From assembly GCA_964035545.1 (NCBI GenBank), contig OZ037766.1, positions 13,010,722-13,074,721 on the forward strand: a DNA stretch of 64,000 bases. Reading direction: 5' to 3'. Position numbers and translations under genes: made by a program. This DNA is from Bugula neritina (taxonomy: Eukaryota; Animalia; Bryozoa). The notes under the pieces are model-generated. The model was not told the DNA's origin and searched no databases. It was given only the letters and a program-made list of their open reading frames with translations. This document shows, in pieces, positions 45,348 through 60,700 of this stretch. Each line of letters opens with the position of its first letter. Within the stretch, counting starts at the first letter, position 1.

Positions 45348-45743
45348 AGTGATACTGGTAGCGATAATCGTCAATTTAGAGACAAATTTTGACAAGTAGT
45401 ATTGCAACTTGTAATAAACCTAAAATAATTAGTTATACTTGATGTTAAATCCACTGAAATATAAATTTATATTCCAGTGGCTTAATCTACTAACACTTAT
45501 AGTTATTTTCGACAATTGGCGATAACTTTAATAATATGCCGGAAACTTCACGGGTGTTTACCTTCACGGAATGAGTGCAGCAACTTAGACCAATCACAAT
45601 GCAGTATTCAACTTCTTGTCAAATCAAAAGCTTGAAGTGGTTCCAATACTTTACTTCTGTCTGCTAGGTATAGCTATATACACTTCTGATTCCTGACTAT
45701 GTTTTCTTAGGAACACCTACTAAGAATCAACTCTACTAGAAGC
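45348..45743. promoter_or_regulatory. Bidirectional promoter NDUFS6/RRS1
   Basis: The two ATGs are only 396 bp apart, head-to-head. ETS-like ccggaa at ~45539, ccaat at ~45590 and ~45643, and local CpGs. Confidence 0.75.
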
Positions 45744-48700
45744 ATGGCCGAAGTTCAAATAGACACAGCTGAAATTCTAAGAAATGTTACAGAAAAAGAT
45801 TCTTTGTTTAAAACAACAGTTGTCTCTAAAGAAATAAACCTTATATTAGACTTGGGGAATCTACTAGCTGTTGACGAAAATGTATTAAAGGATAAACAAA
45901 TAAGGTAAACACTAACAACCAACAGTAATAAAAATATTTAATTTGCTGAAATAAAATGAAAATTAAAATATCAAATTCAATAAATGTATCATTATTATTC
46001 GTATTTATATTATAAAATTGAGTTAAACTAATAATTATAGTTAATAAGATAAAAAAATTCACTTTAATTTATTTTTAATTCAATAACAAACAAAAAATAA
46101 ATACAATTGAATAATTATAAAATTATAAATCAACTTCAATGAATTCGGTAACGAAAATAAATCTAATATTAAATTATTTCACTTTATATACTTATAAATA
46201 TATAATATAGTTTGATAGTATTAGTTATAGTAATGATAACTATTATAATAATAATTATAATAATATAATAATATTAATTGTTAATATTGTAATGATTTTT
46301 AATAGTTGTCGTCATTATGTTCTGAAAGTTCTAGTAATTATTATTATATCGCGTCATTATCATAATTGATTTGGTGTAACTTTTTGAATGCTGTTAAATG
46401 TTGTAATTATAGCTAAGCTCTTAGCGTAGTGAATAGCGTAATGATTGTGAATTGTCCTTCCTACTTTTGTGTGCTTTTATAAAATACTGTAATAGTTTTT
46501 GTTGAGTTGTATTCTCCCCCCCCCCACTTTTTTGTAATAATCTTTAATAAGTTGTGTGAGCCGAAGTTCAGAACCTAGGAGCTCGATTTCGGAAAGGCCT
46601 CTCCGATTTCAGACAGATCCTTTTAATTTCAGCGCCTGAAACTCCGAATTTCAGAAGCCCTAAGTGGGGGAAAACTTGTTGGTATATAAGTGGGAGAGTT
46701 TCCAGTGCTAAGTCAGTCTAACACTGGAGCTCAACCAAAACTCATATATAGAAGAAATAAAGACACACATTATCTGGACTCAAGAAAACTTTTATTTGAT
46801 TAACATAGTATAAGGCATGCAGACTGCTTAGTCTATTTCATAATAATTCCCCCCCCCCCTTTACCACGATAATATATTCAGTTTAAATTTCTCATTAATT
46901 ATAATTAAATTTAACATTGTTAGTCTTATAGTTATACTTACAGACTTATGAGTGATTTATACTAATAGTAATAGTTCTAGTTTTACTTTTATTATTAGTA
47001 AGTCTAATACTAATAGTCATATTCATATTGTTATTAACTATAAATATAACTTAGTTATATCAAAGTAAAAATTATGCTTCAACTTATACTTATAGTAATA
47101 CTAATGATAATAAATATATATATATGTATATAATTATAAGTTAATACTGTTATTATATTATAACTATACGTATGACTATAAATTAAGTATACTATTAATA
47201 TATCTACAGCTATAAGTATAAGTGTATAAGTATACTATTAGTATTGCTATTACTAAATACTAATACTGCAAGTGTAAGTCTTAAGACTATGATATGCACA
47301 TACTGTTGCTATTACTTATTGTTATATTATAGTTATATTAGTTAAAATAACTTTTAAGAATAAGTTATAACTTGAATTAAGCTGTGCTATTACAGTATCA
47401 CTATTACTATCAGAGATAACAAACTATTGTAGTACTGTTACACATTATTTTAATAATCATAAATAATTTTATAATGAATATTTTCATGTTGATTATAAAG
47501 TTTTTTCTTTCTTGAACTAAACTGGGCTTGGGGACCACACTCCATTTGGGCCAGGGTCCGTGCCAGTTCCACCACTAGTTCTTATTGCTAATTCAATGCA
47601 AAGCTAGAATGACTCAGCTTGACTCAGCTATATAGCAGGCTACTGTTGGCCATTAAGCTGTTGCATTAGAGAATAGCCTTTATTTAAGCTATTTATAGCA
47701 AGCCAATGACAAATACAATTAGTAATCAATATTCTAATAGGCATAGACCCACAAGGTTGGTTGGTAGTGGTTGGTAAACCATTGGTTACTGATTGATTCC
47801 TGGATATACGTTGGAAATAAAGATGAAATCCAACCTGGCCTAGTATTTTATTCAGTGGTAAATGAGTATCAGACTCTACTTATGCACCACAATTGGTCCT
47901 AAATCTTGAGAACGTGAAGTGAAAACTTCATATTGATTATTATGCATTACGTTTATTATTTATTACTATTTGCATTGCCTAAGGCTAAAGACTTATTTCA
48001 GTATCTGCCTAAATATCCTAAGACTGATGATTTATTCATTTAGTTTACTATTTTGTTTTAGTGCAAAGAATAACTCAACTTATTTATTGAATTTAAACCG
48101 TGAAAATGTACAGATCTTGTTGAACAGTATATGGGAGGTGAGGATCATTCAGTTATTTTATAAAGCAGCACATTACAGTGTTGTACTCACTTGAGATAAC
48201 CATAAAAGGTGTTAAATCAAATCATAGTAACATTTTAATACTTGTTCTTACTTGTTAATAGCTGTTTATGTTTACTGTTGTGATTTTTATAGAATTCGTT
48301 GACTTATGAGTATAGATTACTAAAGCTTTTGTCTAGCTTACAGTAACCAATAAAACACATATATATAATATGTTGATGTTGTTTTATGCACTCTTCTGTA
48401 GCAAGATAAGGAGCAGAAGAAACAACTACATATTGTGGTTGTTGTTGGTGTATAATATACGTAAATGTAATGTTTTATATTAGAAATTGTCCTGTTTTTT
48501 AGCTGCCATCAGAAAGAGTGGAAGATGCTATCTTAGTTCCTCTTCCTCCACCTACTACTGAAATTCCACGTGAAAAGCCTGTAAGCTGTGCGATAAAATC
48601 ACACCAAATCTCTACTAATTTAACTGTCATTATCTACAGTTTCCAAACTGTTTAATATTTATAATGCATACAACTGGTTTTTATTTGTATTGACTCACTA

Positions 48701-51470
48701 CTTCATACTAATGCTGAATTTTATTTTGAGGTTTTTAACTGCAATATTCTACTTTTTAATTCAATGACCAATGACTTCCGCAGCTTCCCAAAGCAAAGAA
48801 AGAAACAAAGTGGGAAGCATATGCTAAACTGAAAGGCATAAAAAGTAAGAAAAAGGAGAAGTTGGTGTGGGATAAAACTCATCAGGTGAGGAATCAGAAT
48901 TTTTAGCTCATAATGTCTATTGTTGATATTGTGTGTCAGTTGGAAGTTTGTATATAAAGGCTTCTGTGATTTGTACAATGAGCATGTTGTCTATCTTTAT
49001 TTATCCAGTTATGCAGTACATTTAATACCAGAAATGACTGGTATATTCAAAACATCAATGCACAGTTTCTGAATATCACAAAACATGAATTATTGCATAA
49101 AATTTATAATAGAATACCGATAATTTTCCAGCAAAATAAATATTCGCAATGTTTGTTACATCTGTTCAAGTTTTATGTTGATGGTTCGAAATTACTTTTT
49201 GATAATACATTGATTACAGGAATACAGACCTGCGTGGGGGTACAAGAGAGCTAATGATGAAACGAAGGATTGGATGATAGAAGTCCCTGCTAATGCCGGT
49301 AACAACCACGATAATAAAAACTTGTTGTATAATATTGAGATGAAGCAATGACATAATTCTCTTTGGCTATCCTATACATAGCAATAAGAGTAGGAAAATT
49401 TGTTTGGTGTGGCTTTTAGAATTGTCTTATCACTGAACTTTGACTAGAAACACTGGAAGCAAAAGTCTAAACTTTCTGTTATTTAGAAAGCTTAATTTTT
49501 ATCTAGTGGCAGTGACCATTTAACCACTCAACAAGTTGTAGATGTTTACTTTTGTATAGTAATGGAAGTTGGGCTGCGATTGTTGGTGACTATATGGATG
49601 TGAATATATGGCACTCCAAGGGTTATCCAAGTTTAACATCTTAAATCATCAACAATGTTTTGTGTGTGGTAGAATGTCTTATAATTATTTATAGATATGG
49701 ATAATTTATATTTGACTCTTTTTCAACAAAAAATTGTTTTCTAGGAACTTAGTCTTATTTGTAGATCCATTTGAAGATCAGTATGCTAAGAGAAAAGAAG
49801 TTAAATCTGAAAGAGTAGCGAAAAACGAATATCAACGCCTAAGGAATATAGCTAAAAACACAAGAGGGAAAGGTATTGGATGATGCATAAAAGTTATTAA
49901 AACAATGATGAATTAGTTTTCGAACTTGGGGAATTGGGTGGTTTTAATAGTGCTAACCTTTTTTATGATATGATATATTTATAGTTTAAATGTTTTACAT
50001 CTTAATTTCAATATCTAAATTCTATAAAAAATATTGTCAAACAATTGTTTTGCTCATATTCGTTCAACTAATGCTTATATACAGGCATAAACTTAGTAGT
50101 ACAGACAGCTTTGGGTTTTAGAAGCTTAACTCATGGTGTATAGCTGTTCTCTCTGTCTTGTAGTTCCAACTGCAGACTTGGCACCAAGTTTGAAGCCTTC
50201 AAAAGAGCAAGTAAATCTAGCTCTATCCGTTGCTAAAACCTCCACAGCTTCAGTCGGAAAGTTCACTAAAGCACTTCCCAGGGAAAATGAAGTTAAAAAG
50301 CCTAAAGGCAAAAAGAGAAAGGTAATGTTATCATACTACTTTCTCTACCACCATATAGCAACTAGAACAAGTCTCATTTATGTTACTCAGTTTTGTCAAT
50401 ATTGTTCAACTGTGCATTGATTAAGTTTCCCACCGTTTTTATTTAGTTTGAGTCTAATACTGGCTCCTTATCAGAGGAGAAAGAAAGACAACTCGGTGTT
50501 TTGAACATGATGAAAAATAAGCAGCCCCGTTTGAACACTAATGTGGCGATTAAGCAGAACAGGAAAGAAGAAATAGAGCAACGAAGGTTTGTTATTCAAG
50601 TCAAATAGAAGCTACATAAACAGTAAAATGTTTGAAAAAAAATCAATGGTACTCATTCTTCCATAGTGTGTTAGCCAATGATGAAATACTGTTGTATTTC
50701 CATTTACCAAGTTTAAATTAAATACGAAATGTTCCTTTTGACATTGTAAAATCCAACTCAGTATTAATTGGTATTTAATGAAAACTTGGACACATTCCCC
50801 AAAATACATTTTCACTAATGCAATGAATGCTGTTTTTCTATTGCCAAGTAGTTGAATTGAAACTATTACATTTAATTCTTCAGCGTATTTAACTTTTATG
50901 TAATTGAGCATATGATGTATTCAATTTTCATATTTTTAATGTTTTAACTTTGTTTGCATGAAGATTACCAATAATTATCTATATGCATCTTCTCTAAAAC
51001 TTAACAGAAACTAATGCAAATGAACTCTAGCTAAATAATACATTTGAATTGCTCTATGGCTATGTTCAACACTTTATTAACCAATTTGTTTATTACAAAC
51101 TTGGTATTTATTTAGTGATCAATAATTTGAAAATCCACAAACTCGTTTATAACCATAAGAAAATTTGTTCATGCCATGTTTTTACAGTTTTCCAAATAAT
51201 CAGCTAGAGACTGGATGATGATTTAAACTGCTATCTGTAAAGTAGGGTTCCAAGTATTTGTTCCCCACCAAGAGAAATAATATTATCTCGGCTTCTATGA
51301 ATAAAAGTTCAGAATTTCAGGAATTTTTTTGCATTTGTGGTTTTTTCAGGTCACAAATTGGTGATGGAAAACCTATGTCAAAAAAGCTAGCTAGAAAACA
51401 AGCCGCTATCATATCAGGAAAGAAAAGTAAAGCATTCAAGGGAGGGCAAAGAAAGAAGGGAAGAAAATAG
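45744..51470 (+). CDS. RRS1: Ribosome biogenesis regulatory protein; exons 45744-45904, 48062-48137, 48503-48580, 48784-48885, 49220-49298, 49765-49872, 50164-50321, 50447-50586, 51350-51470
   Basis: DLGNLLAVDEN, RENVQILLNSIWELP, LPPPTTEIPREKPLPKAKKETKWEAYAKLKGI, PAWGYKRAND..DWMIEVP, ERVAKNEYQRLRNI and STASVGKF, with a basic C-terminus. Confidence 0.95.
45910..47480. repeat. AT-rich/(TNANWN)n tract in RRS1 intron 1, interrupted by a GC-richer insert at ~46500-46870
   Basis: ttagtc ttatag ttatac ttacag; taatac taatag tcatat tcatat; taagta taagtg ta taagta; ttatat tatag ttatat. Confidence 0.7.
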
Positions 51471-51705
51471 TTTTTGAATCAACTGCCATTCAGCAATTAA
51501 AAGCAGTCAGCTTTTTATTAACTTCATGTATATCAATTGCATAAATGAGTAAAAATAAATAAAACACAAAATAATACTTGTCTAGTATAATTTAGAATGT
51601 CGTCATAAAAACAAACATTAGTTTAATGTAAAAATATTACATTAAACTATTCCAAGAATAGTTCCAATAATCATTAGTTTCATGTCATTGAGAAATAAAT
51701 AAATT

Positions 51706-54700
51706 TTATGTCCTAGTACCATTCTCCGTTAGTTCTGGAAACAGTTGACAGACTATAGTATCCAGTAAGATATACACCAACTGAAACAAACGCGTAAAAA
51801 TTAATTTGCAAATGAAAAAATTAAAAGCAGCATCAACAATTAAATTCGATATATATTTAAACAGAATATGGTTGGAATTTGATGTCATCAGTACCGGCTT
51901 CTAATGAAATTTATTGAGAATCATCTCTTTTTATACACGTTTCAGCAACAGTCAGATAAACTAAATTATTGGTACTAAAAATTTGCTATAAGCAATTTTT
52001 TAGTATAGAAATTAAATGTCTAATTTGAAAAATATTTAATCAAGAAGCCAAAGTACAAAAATCAATAGGCAAAGTGACCAATATTTTTTGCTTCTTCTTA
52101 TTGGCTATGATATAACATGTTGACAGTTTCGTTTTGATGTGCTAACAGAGTTGGTGAAAAATTGAAACTCGAGTGAAATGTTTTTGTGACAAGATCAAGC
52201 ATATTTCATTTGTGATTCTTTAAATTTAGTAAACCACTCAATTTAATTGAACAGAAATTATAACCAAGAATAAAGCAGTTCAAGCAGTAAATAAATTAAA
52301 AATTATCTTGGTTAGGTAAAAATTTGGTTGTTCGAGTTCAAGGTTGTGTTCTTTTGCAATAATCTATCGCTACAGTGTTTCACGCATCAACTTTGAATAA
52401 TTTGATAGGGAGTAAAAATGTTGTTTATATGATCTGAAGTTTGTTCAATATTTTGTCCCAATGATTTAATCTCAAACTGTTGTTTCAGGTTTAATTACCA
52501 AGAAAACATCAGCGCATTATAATTTGAATAAAATATAATGATTAAAATTAGAACTTTCATGTATACTTTTTTACCTGCTTGTTGAGTTTAGGGTGTTGAA
52601 GAACCTCGAACATTTCTTCTAATGACGCATCAAACGAATCTTCCCCAAATAATTTCCTAAATGCACCTGTAAGCATCTCATAAGTCATAATATAAACACA
52701 AACATCTTCGATTTTCAGAAGATAGGTCTACTAAAACTGTTCAAAGGATTATCTTGTCGAACATTAGCGAGCTTGGCATGGGGAGCTTAGCATTGGAAAT
52801 ATACATGTATCGATAGTAATATTTTACCAGGAGGAAAATTTTTGAGATCACTCAGTGCTTGAATTTTTCGCTGTTCTTTTTGCTCAAGAGTTCGTGTTGA
52901 CCCATCGCCATAAAACAAGTTATCTACACAAGAAATATTGAAACAATATATTATATGTATTATTCAAGATATGCCTACTAGCCAACAGGCGTAAAGTTGC
53001 GTTTATACCTCTGCTGAAAAAAGTACCGAGTTTCAGTTAACGCTTGTCCGAGTACCTCTTTATAGTCAAACTGAAAATCGTTGAAATCATATCGATGCGG
53101 AAGCTTACTATCTAAAAGCGAAATCTGACCCGCCTAATCGCTATTAGATGCCCTTTGAAAACATCAAAAAAATAGTAAAGTTGACAGCATAAAAGCGATA
53201 ATTGAGAAGGCATAGGCGATATAATTATTAACATATAAGTACATCATCTAATTGCCAAAGTCCTAATTAAATAACGATGTTTACAAGGAGTTATTACTCC
53301 TTTTGAGTACCATTTTGAACTCGGCCGATCAAGTTATTACAGTACAAACATTTTGACGAGTGGCTTTTACAATGCAATGCATATCAGAGAAATTTCAACT
53401 CAGCCAAATTGCATTTCTGACTGAAAATCGTGAAGGTATAAACGCAATTTAAGACTCAACAATAGGTGATGCAGTCAATGCCAAGAAAATTATATTCACT
53501 GAAACAAAACAAACAAAAACAAAGCAGAAACCATAAGAAGGAAATGGTCACCTCTTAACAGGTTTATAAGACCTTCAATGCGATGTTCTTCTTGTACTTG
53601 GCCTAATTTTACACCAATATACCAAGTTATAAATGTATCCATCCATGACTTTCCAACCAGGACTAAAGTTGAGAGAATCCAATGAAGAGTTTTAGGTATC
53701 ACGAGTACTTCTTCAGCTAAAATGCAGAAAAGGATATGCGAACAACTTCACTATGATAGTAATCAAATATTTGATAACTAGATAATATGTAGTATAGCAA
53801 CACATTTAAACTGAAAAAATCGAGGGAGCTTAAAAATTAAAAAACAACCATTTGCAAATATCATAAAAAGATAAATTTATGATTACCAATTCGTATAACA
53901 CAGTCCACCAAAGAGACCGGCTGGGTAGAGCTTTCAGCAGAGTGATCAGTGATACAAGAACCTGCTGTCAGCAAGTGATTGTTTGGTTCAACAGCCACTC
54001 CATTACTAGGTTGACGAATGTGACTTTTCTGATATAAAGGATTGTGTAGCTAAATAAATTATAAACACAAATATAAAGGTCTGCTTCACAGAAGTAAATT
54101 TATAAATGAAATGGTGTAAACAATTATAAACAAACAAAAAAGTAAACATGTTTATAAATATAAATGCAAAAGTAGAGATATGTATTAAAAATATAAACGA
54201 ATACAACTATATATTACAAGTATAGATGGAAAACTATTGCTATGGGTTACAAGACAGCAGAAATAGCTCAATGCATGTGGAAGTTTTCCTTTAATGAGCG
54301 TGCCTAATTCAATCATAGGAAACACTATTGGCTTAAAACCATTTGATTCTGCTCCGATATAAAATATTTAGATTTCTTTATGGTTGATACGCATATGGTT
54401 GTTTTTAGTTTGTTTTTAAATGCCAAAGACATCTTACATCATAAATTCATGTATGTAACCATAATGAAAAATTATATATTTTATGTGTGCGCACCATTAA
54501 TACTCACATGTCTAACTATAAATGGAGATTTCTCCAATCTTTCTTGGCTAAGTTTAGCTGCTTGACCCAAATCGGGACGCGGCGTTTTGTCTACTGTTGA
54601 ATGTTGCAAAGTTTTCATAAAACTTTTGAGATTTTGGCCTTTTTCCTTGACTAATTTTCCAGGGACGGATTTGAGTACACTCTCTGAAAAAAATAATTGA

Positions 54701-57700
54701 ATTCAAGTAAGCTAATGCTACAAGTTTCCAATGACACAAGTAAATGATTTTCCTGTTAAAAGACAGTATCTACTAATTCAATACTAACACGTGACATTTG
54801 ATAAAACATCCTCAACTTTTTTTGCAAATAAAACACAGATACACATGTTTTTAGGTGTGTGGTATGTGAAATGTGTCTTCCATTAGTTTAATCCATTGCA
54901 CTCACCTATTCCTATATCAAATATACTGCTTATAGAAAAATCTCCAATTGTCAGGAAATTATATAACAATTCACTGTTCCTAAGATCAGTAATGTTCAGC
55001 AAATTCTACAACAAAGAAACATGAATATACATGATTATATTTAAATTAGAATCCAAAACATGTAAAACATAGGAGACCTGGGTTGTAGCCTCAAGCTAGT
55101 TTAATATAAAAAACATTATTTAAGCTATGCTTTACTACGAGAATGTAACTGCATTAATCGCATGGTCTCAGAAAGCTTAAACAATCCTACAAAGAGTCAT
55201 CTGCTTTATACTCCGAGAAGACAACTCACACATTGCAAGTTGACTGTATAAAACTACCTGACATTTTTTAATCTAAAAGATTTATAATATATACCTTTCA
55301 AATATCTTATCACTGATAAAAATTAGTACTTGAAACACGTACATAAGAGCATACAAGTTTGTATACACTGTGAAAAACCAAACAGTGTTTGCATAAAAAG
55401 ACAAGCTTAAATTAGGCCACAATTAAAAGACAAAAATTAGATTGTATTTATATATTAAACAGCTATAAGCAGCCCACAAATACCTTGAGATAAGCTTCAA
55501 AACTTGGCCTAACTTTGTCTAAATACTCATGGTCTGTAGATTTGGGCCTTCTAAGAGGAGGGAGTTGTACATTAAGTTTATCGCCGTGAAATTGCTTAAG
55601 CTTCTGTTCAAGGTTATAAAAATCATTATATGTTCTGAACACTGAGCACCCAGTACGAATTCTAGGACCAACGTCAGGTTCCCCTGAAACAGAAATGTTT
55701 TTTTCTTCGATCAAAAGCTATACGAAAATAACCCATTGTAAAGCTAGTCACTGAAAAAAAAGTCAACCTACTATGTCTGCAGTAACAATTGGTGGCAAAC
55801 CTTTTACGTTGTTAAACTTGCTGAATTCAGGCCTTCATCACGCAAGATGATATATTACTGAGCTTAATGTTAGGGAAAGCTCAACATAGATTGGACATTG
55901 AAATGTAGAGATAAAGCAACTTGGTAAATTTTAACAAAACACCATAACTAGTATTGCCAAGAGTTCAAGTGTAATTGAAGTTAATTTTAGTTCCTAGCTC
56001 AACTGATACAAGAACCATACCAATAGCATTAGCAACAGTGTTCTTGTATACTTTCACTTGAAAGAAGTTGCTAGGTTTATCTGCAGTTCCATTGGGGTCC
56101 AGCTGAATAGATATGCTTGGTATTTCAACCATCCAATCATTGAGATCATGCAATTCTTCCAAAACTGACTCATCCACCACATCTTCATCGTGCAAACTTA
56201 CACCGTCCTAAGATATATATATCTGGCTTGAGTTTACAAACCTTTTAAATATGCTTTATTAAAAATAAAAGTTTCTACTACTGTTAAAATGTAGACTATG
56301 GTTCTCTGTTCTGTGCTGATAAGGGAACAAATTCCAAAACAGCTGCTGTACACAGATTGTGCGCAGATTGTGCACAGATTGTGCACGTGTGCGCGGGTGT
56401 GCGCGCACGTGTGTGTGTGTGTGTGTGTTAATCCTATAACATTTTTAACAATATACTGCTAAAGAAACAGCCATAAAAATATTCAAGCTCAGCGCAACAA
56501 CTAAACAACAAAGGGCTGAATTACCGGCGTAGGTGGGCCTGATGCAAGGTCCAGGTCCTTCAGACTGTTGCAAGAGCTACTACGAGCTCCAAGTTTTTCT
56601 CCCTTGAAAGAACCTCGTATTTTGGCAGACAAACTAAAACTCTTACGCTCACCTTTGGAAGCTCTAAAATTGTGAAATTACAGAAAATCTTCACCAGCTA
56701 CGTCATTTTGAAAATTTAACACAATTGCCCAAAGATTTTTATTAAAAGATTTAAATCACATTCTTCAGACATTGCAAAATAGTAAAAAAATGGAGGCATA
56801 GAATGAGTGAAAACCAGCTACACAAATTATAATTATGATTTGCTGTAAAAAGTAGCAATGAAATCATTTACTGGGCTGCTTTTCCATTAGATAAGATGAT
56901 GTTGCTCATTTGTCATCTTATGCCAAAACAATAAACATCAGAATGCCACAGATACATCATTCCATCAAAAAAACAGGAGATTAAATAATGTAAGAGATAG
57001 ATGCTTTGTGTAGTATTGTGCCATAGAAAGCAAACTGACATTTTATCAATCAACTGGTGCCAATTTTTCCTAATTTGATTCCTAGTGTGTTCTGAGCACT
57101 AGCCAAAAAGTTTGCTTTTACACAAAACTTTGCTTAATATGCTATGATTAAAAATAATGGCTGTAATCCAACCTTAAAAACGTTTCCAGTTTGGCATCTT
57201 TCTCTCCATACAGATGCGTGAAATACTAAAAAGTAATATAATAAATATATTATATAACTCGCATACAAATACAATTTGCAGCTTTCAGCAACCAAATATC
57301 TTATCAACTTTAAAAAATTGTGAAACAATCAATTGTATTGGAGAAATAAAAATGCCGACATAACATTGGGGTAGAAAAACTAACCTGACTGCTGTGTAAT
57401 AACATAGGTAAGTAGTAAGACTCCATGAGATTGTAAAGGTAGTCATACGTCCTGTAACACCAACATATCACCAGCTACATATTTATTCAGGTATTGTAAA
57501 ACGTATATAAAATTTAGCTGGAATACTCAATTTACAGGATCGATGTGATGATATATACATGACTAGGTCTTGCAAGATGTTTATTCCTAGCAATCAAATG
57601 ACTTTTAGCATATAAATCGCTGAACAGAAATGACATCTGCCTATCTCAACTAATATAACTAGAGAGAAACACACCTGGCTAAAAATTCACCATTAGTCTC

Positions 57701-60700
57701 TAGATCTTCTACAGCTTGCATACCACCTTCAGACACTGCAACAAAAACTAACTCAACAACCAAACAAACAAAATAAACATAAACATAGTGATAGCTCATG
57801 TGCAAGAAGAAGAAATCTTTAATTATTGTGTTAATGAGGCATATAGAAAATATTGAAATCATATACATATGCTATTTAATATTGTGAGAAGGCTTGGGAA
57901 ACAGATCAGCTAGATATTTACTACACTAAGGAGTAAAGAACGTTGAATGCAAGTAGTGATGGTGCGGAAGTTATACATAAAGTGAGAAAATCAATTAGTA
58001 AAATCTCGTGCAAAACATATTAACTAGAGCACTGTTCTTTACAGAAATATATGGCATTAATGAGTAAATGTTCTGAAGCTTTTAATGGTATTGGTATAGC
58101 AGGTATAAAGTTAAATTACACAAGTAGTAGAATCCAAATAAAGGGTACTCCTGCAATACACTGAACTGTAATACATCAAGGTATTGTCATGTCAAAGTTA
58201 TTGTCAGGAAAGTTCAGGATAGCTAATTTCAGCTAAGATTGGGCATCGAAATTTTAAGATAACAGCATGCAACTAAACAAGCGCATTTTAAATTGTAAAT
58301 CTATCAAAAAGCTACTACTGCTTTTAGCTGTGGATTGACAATACCAAGCAATTATTGATATCAGTTAATCATTAAATTGTGTGGTTTTTTTAGTTTAATC
58401 AATATTAGTGATCAATATTTTATGCAAACTAACCAGTAGTCATGTATAGTTGTGCTGCAAAACAATGTGATGGACTCATCAAATAAATTTAACGAGGCAG
58501 AATTTCCCCGAGACTACTCACTGATATATTCTAATGAAAAGAATGATCTGCATACACTAGTTACAATTCACAGTAGTGGCTATGCCCTATTTACAATATT
58601 TGCTGCCATGCTGAACAAGAATTCTAAAATCTATCTGAACAATAATGCCGATAGAATTACAATGTGCAAATATTTCAATTGACCGATTTGTTTACTGATA
58701 ACAAAACAATGCAGTTCAAGCTCCTCTCTAATTACCAACTAAATTGTTTAACATATTCAAGTAGAAAATTAATCCAACTCTGCACCACCATACACACAGG
58801 GACACTGAACCAGCTAGTAAGAGTGAGTCACAAGAGAGGAGCATACATTGCTTAAACTGAGAGAGCAGATCTGTGCCCAGGTCTACATAATCATATGCAT
58901 CGTCTTTACAGAAGTTATTGTACATCTGAATTGCATCGTCCTGGAGTTTTTCTCTATCGGCTGCCGGCAGCAACAGCTTCTTTTTAAAATGGTCTGAAAT
59001 AAAACACACCATTTGGTTGTAACTCAAGAAAATGGCAGCTTTTTAGCAGGTGATAACTCATTAATTATGACTTTGCTATAGCATTACTGAAGTTAAGATA
59101 TATATAGGCTCCTATTAACAGTGTGATCATAAAAGTCAACAATTTAAAAACTCTTAAATATATTAGGTATGCTCAGTGAAAATTCACAGTTGAAAAATCT
59201 CATTTTTGCCAAATTGAACGAATAACTAATACACATTGCAGGGCATGTTTTGAGACATTTATTCAAAAGAGACTGAGTAAACTATACTTGACTTTCCCAG
59301 GTTTTATAAATTACCATTGGTTTCTGCTCAAAATAAAATTAATAAACTTTTAACGTTCAATTAAATTCTATGCCCTCAAGCTGAAAATATCATGCTGACG
59401 TATTAAGCCATTCTTGCAGAGTAAACATTACTCAGATGTTGATTACAATTTGTAATAACTACCATACAATAACTGTACCTAATGTTAAAAAGAATTGAAG
59501 AAACTTCAAACCGCCATTTTTCTTCATGACATCAATAAAACACGCCAAGAGTGACTGGTCTGATACTACTTTTCCTAAATCATGGTGATGAATCTACAAG
59601 TAATAACATAGCAATAACTAATTCACTTAATTATACGGTAGCGAAACTGCACCCCTGCCTCGTTATATTCATCTCCATATTCCTGCTGTTATGTCCATGA
59701 AGGACTCTCGACTGAAACATACTACAGCAATACAATATGCTAGGTATATGCATACAAACTTAAAAATCATGAAGTCCGATATTCTAGACCACCGAGTGTT
59801 ACTCCACACATTGACACTTGAAAAAATATTTATTGTAATTGAAAAAGTAAAGGTTACAATTTTACAAATCAATCAGCTAAGTACCAACTGATTCAACATG
59901 TACTGTTATTAATGTTACTCATAACTTACAGGTTGAAATGAGGAATTAGGTGAAGAAAATGAAGCTAAGATTTCCACTTTTTCCGTGGGCGGATCCGGAT
60001 TGACTGGTGCCGGAGTCTCATCAAAGAATATGACTAGAAGATTGTTTACTGTATCTGGATCAGCGATCTTATCAGCAACAGGAAGTAAAACTACGCCTGC
60101 TAAGAGTTCTTCTAACAGCAGCCGCAACGACCTACACCAAGAAGACTGTTAGTCGACTACACAGCTTACAATATAGGGGCTCAATATTATTAAAACACAG
60201 GCTATGGATTTACCAACTGTACAGTTTTTCAAATTGAAAAAGAAGTAGCAGAAAAGAATAAAATTACATTATGCATATAAGAGGCAGATTTTTCCGCTAC
60301 CCGAACAGGACAAAGCGGAGATAGGTGAGAATATAAGAGGCAGATCTTCTGTACACACAAACCATGAATATTATATATATATTTGTTAACATTACCTGCA
60401 ATGCTGCACATTTTCAGGGAGTATATACGGGAAGAGATTGTTAACCAACTGTTTGAGGTACAGGAATTCATCTTCTCTGTTATACAAACTTCTATGGACG
60501 CGAGTTCTGTGTAACCTTATTCTGTCCCCATTAAACCTGCCAACTAAAAGTACAAGTCCATAGAGCATACATTAACTGAAAAAAATCTTTCTTTTGAATA
60601 ATGCTTATCACAATTTTATTATACAAACATAAAAATGAACAAAATTCATGAAATATTATAGTCAAATGAATTTTTGTGAGCTTGTACGACAAATCGATAA

